Assembly: GCA_023487035.1 (NCBI GenBank)
Contig: JAMDEN010000014.1
Span: 683-64,682, forward strand
Source: Actinomycetota bacterium
GTDB taxonomy: Bacteria > Actinomycetota > Humimicrobiia > Humimicrobiales > Humimicrobiaceae
DNA length: 64,000 nucleotides
Direction: 5' to 3'
The notes under the pieces are model-generated. The model was not told the origin of the DNA. It was given only the letters and a program-made list of their open reading frames with translations, and did not search any database. How positions within the stretch are numbered: position 1 is the first letter of the stretch; the number at the start of each line of letters is the position of its first letter. A program made the translations under genes and the position numbers. Positions 59,208 to 64,000 of this stretch are shown piece by piece.

Positions 59208-59839
59208 AACCGAGCAAGGATCCTTTCAAAAATTTCATTTTCAGTTCCAAGCCCATCAATATTTTCAAGTAAACCTGAATTTTTATAATACTCAACAACT
59301 GGCTGTGTCTGTTTTTTATAAACTTCAAGTCTATTCTTTATTACTTCTTCAGAATCATCATTCCTTTTATACAATTCTCCACCACAATCACATTTAAGCG
59401 GCTGTTCTTTTGAAAAATCGCTTAATTTAAATATTTTATTACATTTTTTACACACAATTCTGTCTGTAAGTCTTCTTACAATCTCATCTTCATCAACAAC
59501 TATATTTATAACTTTATTAAGACTTAAATTAAGTTCTTTTAATAACTGGGAAAATTTTTCTGCCTGTTCAATAGTCCTTGGAAAACCATCCATTAAGAAA
59601 CCAGTCCTGAACTTATCTTTTTTAAATTCTTCTTTAATCATTCCTATAATCAGTTCATCCGGAACTAGTTTACCACTATTTACATATTCCTCTGCTTTTT
59701 TACCTAACTCACTATTACTGCTTATTTCAGATCTTAAAATATCACCAGTTGAAACATGGGGAATATTAAATTTTGATGAAATCTTTTTCGCCTGAGTTCC
59801 TTTACCTGCACCAGGTGCACCAAGTAATATAAGTCTCAT
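59204..59839 (-). CDS. adk: Adenylate kinase
   Basis: GAPGAGKGTQ; STGDILR; DGFPRT; Cys-containing LID. Confidence 0.97.
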   Translation of the reverse strand: MRLILLGAPGAGKGTQAKKISSKFNIPHVSTGDILRSEISSNSELGKKAEEYVNSGKLVPDELIIGMIKEEFKKDKFRTGFLMDGFPRTIEQAEKFSQLLKELNLSLNKVINIVVDEDEIVRRLTDRIVCKKCNKIFKLSDFSKEQPLKCDCGGELYKRNDDSEEVIKNRLEVYKKQTQPVVEYYKNSGLLENIDGLGTENEIFERILARL

Positions 59840-61098
59840 TTTATAAATCCCTCATAATCTCGCATCATAAGTTGAGATTCAATCCATTTCATAGTCTCAA
59901 GAGCAACACTTACAGCAATTAAAACAGAAGTACCACCAAATCTGAATGGAATACCCATCGCATCAATTAATATCTCCGGCAATATTGCAATAATCGCCAG
60001 AAATATAGCACCAGGAAGAGTTATTCTATTTAAAATATTAGATAAATAATCTGAAGTATTCTTACCTGGTCGAATACCTGGAATATAACCGCCATATTTT
60101 CTTAAATTATCTGCAGTTTCATTAGGGTTAAATGCAATTGCTGTATAAAAATAAGCAAATACAATAATTAAAAGTGAGTAAATTATAATATAAAAAGGAT
60201 TAACCCTGCCTGCGATTGAAGGACTAAGCCATGAAGCAAGAGACTGCAACCATCTTACATTTATAAATTGAGCAATAGTCGCTGGAAAAAGTAAAACTGA
60301 GATTGCAAAAATTATGGGCATAACACCTGATTGGTTTACTTTTAAAGGGATATAAGTAGATTGACCTCCAAATACCTTTCTACCCACTATCCTTTTTGCA
60401 TATTGAACAGGCATTCTTCTTTCACCCTGATTTATTAAAATAATAGCCATAACAACTGCAACAGAAAGTATGGCAAATATTCCAATAAGAAACCAGTTTG
60501 TACCCTTCAGTCTAAATAAACTTATTAATCCTCCAGGTATTCTTGAAATAATTGATGCAAAAATTATTAAAGAAATACCGTTCCCTATTCCATGGATATT
60601 TATTAATTCTCCAAGCCACATAATAACTGTAGTTCCTGCTGTTAAAGTCATAATTATTAGTGTTACATGCATCCAGTCAAAACTAATAACGGCTCCAAAA
60701 TTACGAAAATAAAAAGTCATGGCAACTGATTGAATTAAAGCAAGCCCGACTGTCACATATCTGGATATCTGATTAATTCTTCTTCTGCCTGTTTCTCCTT
60801 CTTTTGCAAGAGCATCAAGTTTTGGTATAACTACCTGAAGAAGTTGCATAATAATTGAAGATGTAATATAAGGCATAATTCCAAGAGAAAAAACTGAAAA
60901 TTTTCCTAAAGCTCCACCAGAAAATAAATCCATCATTCCAATTATTCCGGTCCCGACCTGGTTTAAAATTTTTGTCGGATTAACTCCAGGTATTGTAAGA
61001 TTTGCTCCAAATCTGTAAAGAGCAAGGATACCTACCGTAAATAAAATTCTATTTCTTAATTCCCTGATTTTAAACGCATTTAATAAAGCACGAAACAT
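59836..61098 (-). CDS. secY: Preprotein translocase SecY
   Basis: FSLGIMPYITSSII; GIGNGISL; IPGIRPG; FGGTS. Confidence 0.98.
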   Translation of the reverse strand: MFRALLNAFKIRELRNRILFTVGILALYRFGANLTIPGVNPTKILNQVGTGIIGMMDLFSGGALGKFSVFSLGIMPYITSSIIMQLLQVVIPKLDALAKEGETGRRRINQISRYVTVGLALIQSVAMTFYFRNFGAVISFDWMHVTLIIMTLTAGTTVIMWLGELINIHGIGNGISLIIFASIISRIPGGLISLFRLKGTNWFLIGIFAILSVAVVMAIILINQGERRMPVQYAKRIVGRKVFGGQSTYIPLKVNQSGVMPIIFAISVLLFPATIAQFINVRWLQSLASWLSPSIAGRVNPFYIIIYSLLIIVFAYFYTAIAFNPNETADNLRKYGGYIPGIRPGKNTSDYLSNILNRITLPGAIFLAIIAILPEILIDAMGIPFRFGGTSVLIAVSVALETMKWIESQLMMRDYEGFIK

Positions 61099-61550
61099 TA
61101 AATTGCCTCCGCTTCCCCTCCAGCTTTTTCTATTTTTTCAATTGCGCTTTTACTAAAATAATCAGCTTTAACTACAAGTTTTTTTGTAAGACTTCCATTG
61201 CCTAAAATTTTAATTTTATTAACTTTATCTCTTATCAATCCTGATTTGATTAAAGCTTCCATATCTACTATTGAATCATTATCAAATTTTTCAAGCTGGC
61301 TTAAATTAATAATATTAAATTCTTCTTTTCTTGTATTTTTAAAACCTTTAATATGCGGAAGCCTTCTATTAAGTGGCATCTGCCCGCCTTCAAAACCAAG
61401 TCTTGTCTTACTTCTACCTCCTGATCTTGCAAGCTGGCCTTTATTTCCTCTTCCAGAAGTTGTTCCGTGACCCGAACTATTACCTCTTCCAATTCGTTTT
61501 TTATTTTTAACTGAACCATAAGCTGGCCCTAAATCACTAAGATTAACCAT
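61098..61550 (-). CDS. rplO: 50S ribosomal protein L15
   Basis: RIGRG...GRGNKGQLARSG; GFEGGQMP. Confidence 0.97.
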   Translation of the reverse strand: MVNLSDLGPAYGSVKNKKRIGRGNSSGHGTTSGRGNKGQLARSGGRSKTRLGFEGGQMPLNRRLPHIKGFKNTRKEEFNIINLSQLEKFDNDSIVDMEALIKSGLIRDKVNKIKILGNGSLTKKLVVKADYFSKSAIEKIEKAGGEAEAI

Positions 61551-61577
61551 TTTTTCTCCTCAAAAGCTTATGAAATA

Positions 61578-62048
61578 TTATAACTTATTATTTAATTCAT
61601 CAGGACTTTTTATGCTTTTAAGTCCATGAATTGTTGCATTTACAATAGATAATGCATTTGAACTACCTATAGATTTTGCAACAACATCCTTGATTCCTGC
61701 AAGTTCCATAATTGCCCTTACAGGTCCGCCAGCAATTACACCAGTACCATGAGTTGCTGGCTTGAAAAATACATGTCCTGCACCTTTAATTGCATTAATT
61801 TCATAAGGAATAGTTCCATTTTTCATTGGAACTTTAAACATATTTTTCTTTGCAGCATGAACTCCTTTCTGGATTGCAGTTGAAACTTCATTTGCTTTAC
61901 CAAAGCCAACGCCTACCATTCCATTCATATCACCAACTGCAACTAAAGCTGAAAAACTAAACCTTCTTCCACCTTTTACTACTTTAGCTACCCTATTTAT
62001 TTTTAAAACTTTTTCAGCAATATTTTCTTCTTTAGAAAATTCCGGCAC
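61578..62048 (-). CDS. rpsE: 30S ribosomal protein S5
   Basis: [26 protein letters not shown]. Confidence 0.97.
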   Translation of the reverse strand: MPEFSKEENIAEKVLKINRVAKVVKGGRRFSFSALVAVGDMNGMVGVGFGKANEVSTAIQKGVHAAKKNMFKVPMKNGTIPYEINAIKGAGHVFFKPATHGTGVIAGGPVRAIMELAGIKDVVAKSIGSSNALSIVNATIHGLKSIKSPDELNNKL

Positions 62049-62075
62049 TACTTTCCTCCTTAAATAAAAACCTGT

Positions 62076-62438
62076 TTAAAATATTAAGCCACCATCTCTA
62101 GCACCATCTGCTAAAGCTTTGATTCTTCCATGATATTTAAAACTTCCTCTATCAAAAACCACTTTATCTATATTTTTTGCCTTTGCTTTTTCTGATAAAG
62201 CTTTCCCTGTTCTAAAACAAACACCAAGATAACCTTTTTCATCAGGATTTTTCTCAATTACCTTACTGGTTATTCCTGTTATGGTTTTGCCTGTTTTACT
62301 ATCAATAATCTGTGCATAAACATATTTATTACTTCTAAAAACACAGAGTCTTGGACGATCAGTTGTTTTTTTTATTTTAGCCCTTACTGATAGTTTTCTT
62401 CTTTCAGCAGCGCTTCTTATTTCTCTTTTAGTTCTCAT
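62076..62438 (-). CDS. rplR: 50S ribosomal protein L18
   Basis: RPRLCVFRSNK; VVFDRG...YHGRIKALAD. Confidence 0.97.
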   Translation of the reverse strand: MRTKREIRSAAERRKLSVRAKIKKTTDRPRLCVFRSNKYVYAQIIDSKTGKTITGITSKVIEKNPDEKGYLGVCFRTGKALSEKAKAKNIDKVVFDRGSFKYHGRIKALADGARDGGLIF

Positions 62439-62520
62439 TAAAACTCCTGTATTTTAAAAAATTATTCAAAATTGTTGAATTTTTTTAAAATTATTAAAAT
62501 ATTAAAATAAACTATTTTTA

Positions 62521-63084
62521 TCATTTCTTGCCGCCTGATTTTCCACCAGCAGCTGTAGTCTTTCCAACTTTTCTTCTGATTACTTCGTCTCTATATTTAA
62601 TGCCTTTACCTTTATATGGTTCAGGCTTTCTCACATTTCTTATCATATTGGCAACTTCACCAACTTTTTGCTTATCTATGCCCTTAACAATGATAAGATT
62701 CTGATTAGGTAAGTCAAACAAAATTCCATCTACTGCTTTTATAAAAACCGGATTTGAATATCCAATTAAAATTTCAAGATCATTTCCTTTTTTACTTGCC
62801 CTATAACCTACTCCAATAATATCAAGAGCTTTTTCAAAACCTTCGCTAACTCCTTTAACCATATTATTTAAAAGGCTTCTATAAAGACCATGCTGAGAAC
62901 GACCCAGCTTATCATCAGATTTTCTGGTTAAAACCATTTTATTTCCCTCAATAGTTAGTGATACCAAATCACCAAGCTCCTGGGAAAGTTCTCCAAGTTT
63001 TCCTTTAACAATTACTTTATTCCCATCAACGGTAACATTTACACCTGATGGAATATCAATTGGTATTTTTCCAATTCTGGACAC
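62521..63084 (-). CDS. rplF: 50S ribosomal protein L6
   Basis: [22 protein letters not shown]. Confidence 0.98.
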   Translation of the reverse strand: MSRIGKIPIDIPSGVNVTVDGNKVIVKGKLGELSQELGDLVSLTIEGNKMVLTRKSDDKLGRSQHGLYRSLLNNMVKGVSEGFEKALDIIGVGYRASKKGNDLEILIGYSNPVFIKAVDGILFDLPNQNLIIVKGIDKQKVGEVANMIRNVRKPEPYKGKGIKYRDEVIRRKVGKTTAAGGKSGGKK

Positions 63085-63102
63085 TTTAAATCCCCCTTTT
63101 AG

Positions 63103-63501
63103 TTACCAGATGTAACAAATAATTTCGCCACCAAGACCATTCTTTTTTGCTTCAGAACCAGTTAAAACTCCTTTTGATGTTGAAATAATAACTGTCCCAA
63201 TCCCGCCTAATACTTTAGGGATTTCATTATTCTTAGCATAAGTTCTAAGTCCAGGTTTGCTTATTCTTTTAATTCCAGTGATTACACTATTTTTATTTTT
63301 ATCAAACTTTAAATAAATTCTAATTGACTTTATTATGCTATCACTGGTTAATTCAAAATTTCTAATATAACCCTTTTCCAGCAAAATTTTTGCGATATCC
63401 TTTTTTATTCTCGAATAAGGTATATCAACAAAATCCAACTTCGCCTTATTGGCATTTCTAATCCTGGTTAGCATATCTGCAATAGGGTCTGTTACAACCA
63501 T
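63103..63501 (-). CDS. rpsH: 30S ribosomal protein S8
   Basis: [29 protein letters not shown]. Confidence 0.98.
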   Translation of the reverse strand: MVVTDPIADMLTRIRNANKAKLDFVDIPYSRIKKDIAKILLEKGYIRNFELTSDSIIKSIRIYLKFDKNKNSVITGIKRISKPGLRTYAKNNEIPKVLGGIGTVIISTSKGVLTGSEAKKNGLGGEIICYIW

Positions 63502-63516
63502 TAAATCCTCCTTTAA

Positions 63517-63702
63517 TTACCAACTGGACTTTGTAAGTCCAGGTATTTTTCCTTCATGAGCAAGCTCTCTAAGACAAATTCTGCATAATCCAAAAGTTCT
63601 AAAATATCCTCTAGGCCTCCCGCATCTGCTACACCTGTTATATTTTCTTGTTGAAAATTTAGGTGTCCTGCTATGTTTTACAATTAACGACTTTTTTGCC
63701 AA
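63517..63702 (-). CDS. rpsN: 30S ribosomal protein S14 (type Z, Zn-binding)
   Basis: RCSRCGRPR...GLCRICLRE; 61 aa. Confidence 0.97.
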   Translation of the reverse strand: MAKKSLIVKHSRTPKFSTRKYNRCSRCGRPRGYFRTFGLCRICLRELAHEGKIPGLTKSSW

Positions 63703-63724
63703 AAAACCCTCCTATAATAAAAAA

Positions 63725-64000
63725 TTATTTTCTAAATGGAAAACCAAATTTTTCAACCAAATTTAATGCATCCTTATCACTACTAGTATTAGTGGTAAGA
63801 GTAATATTCATACCTTTAATAACCTGAGATTCTTCTAAATCAACTTCAGGGAAAATAGTTTGTTCTTTCAGGCCAAGAGTGAAATTGCCATTCCCATCAA
63901 ACCCTTTTTTTGAAATACCTCGAAAATCTTTAATTCTTGGTATAGCAATATTTAAAAGTCTGTCTAAAAATTCATACATCCTATTACCTCTTAATGTAAC
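63725..64000 (-). CDS. rplE: 50S ribosomal protein L5 (5' end beyond the window)
   Basis: VTLRGNRMYEFLDRL; PRIKDFRG; FDGNGN; frame open to the window edge. Confidence 0.96.
   Translation of the reverse strand, partial: VTLRGNRMYEFLDRLLNIAIPRIKDFRGISKKGFDGNGNFTLGLKEQTIFPEVDLEESQVIKGMNITLTTNTSSDKDALNLVEKFGFPFRK

Overview
Chromosomal window from a very AT-rich bacterium. Its ribosomal-protein and RpoA sequences and its rplM-rpsI-glmM-glmS-acpS-nnr-alr gene order look actinobacterial (inference; no database search was run). Right third (53.2-64 kb, minus strand): the distal spc/alpha cluster from partial rplE to rpsI. It includes an rpmJ missed by the ORF track, has no rpmD, and has an infA whose only SD-supported start is ATT. 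Middle: the cell-wall and housekeeping block is interrupted by a heterodimeric ABC exporter, a 12-gene GntR-linked sugar catabolic locus of unknown substrate, and a copZ-copA-csoR module. Left third is accessory: two DUF134 regulators, a PAS3-GGDEF cyclase, an FAD/Fe-S oxidoreductase with a Met-rich tail, intact and decayed toxin-antitoxin genes, and a cobalamin riboswitch before cobO. It also holds a four-gene defence operon: fused HsdM-HsdS, RloC-like anticodon nuclease, RhuM-Fic/Doc and HsdR. The best candidates for an undescribed system are that layered defence operon and the orphan sugar pathway. No tRNA, rRNA, CRISPR array, integrase or transposase was recognised.
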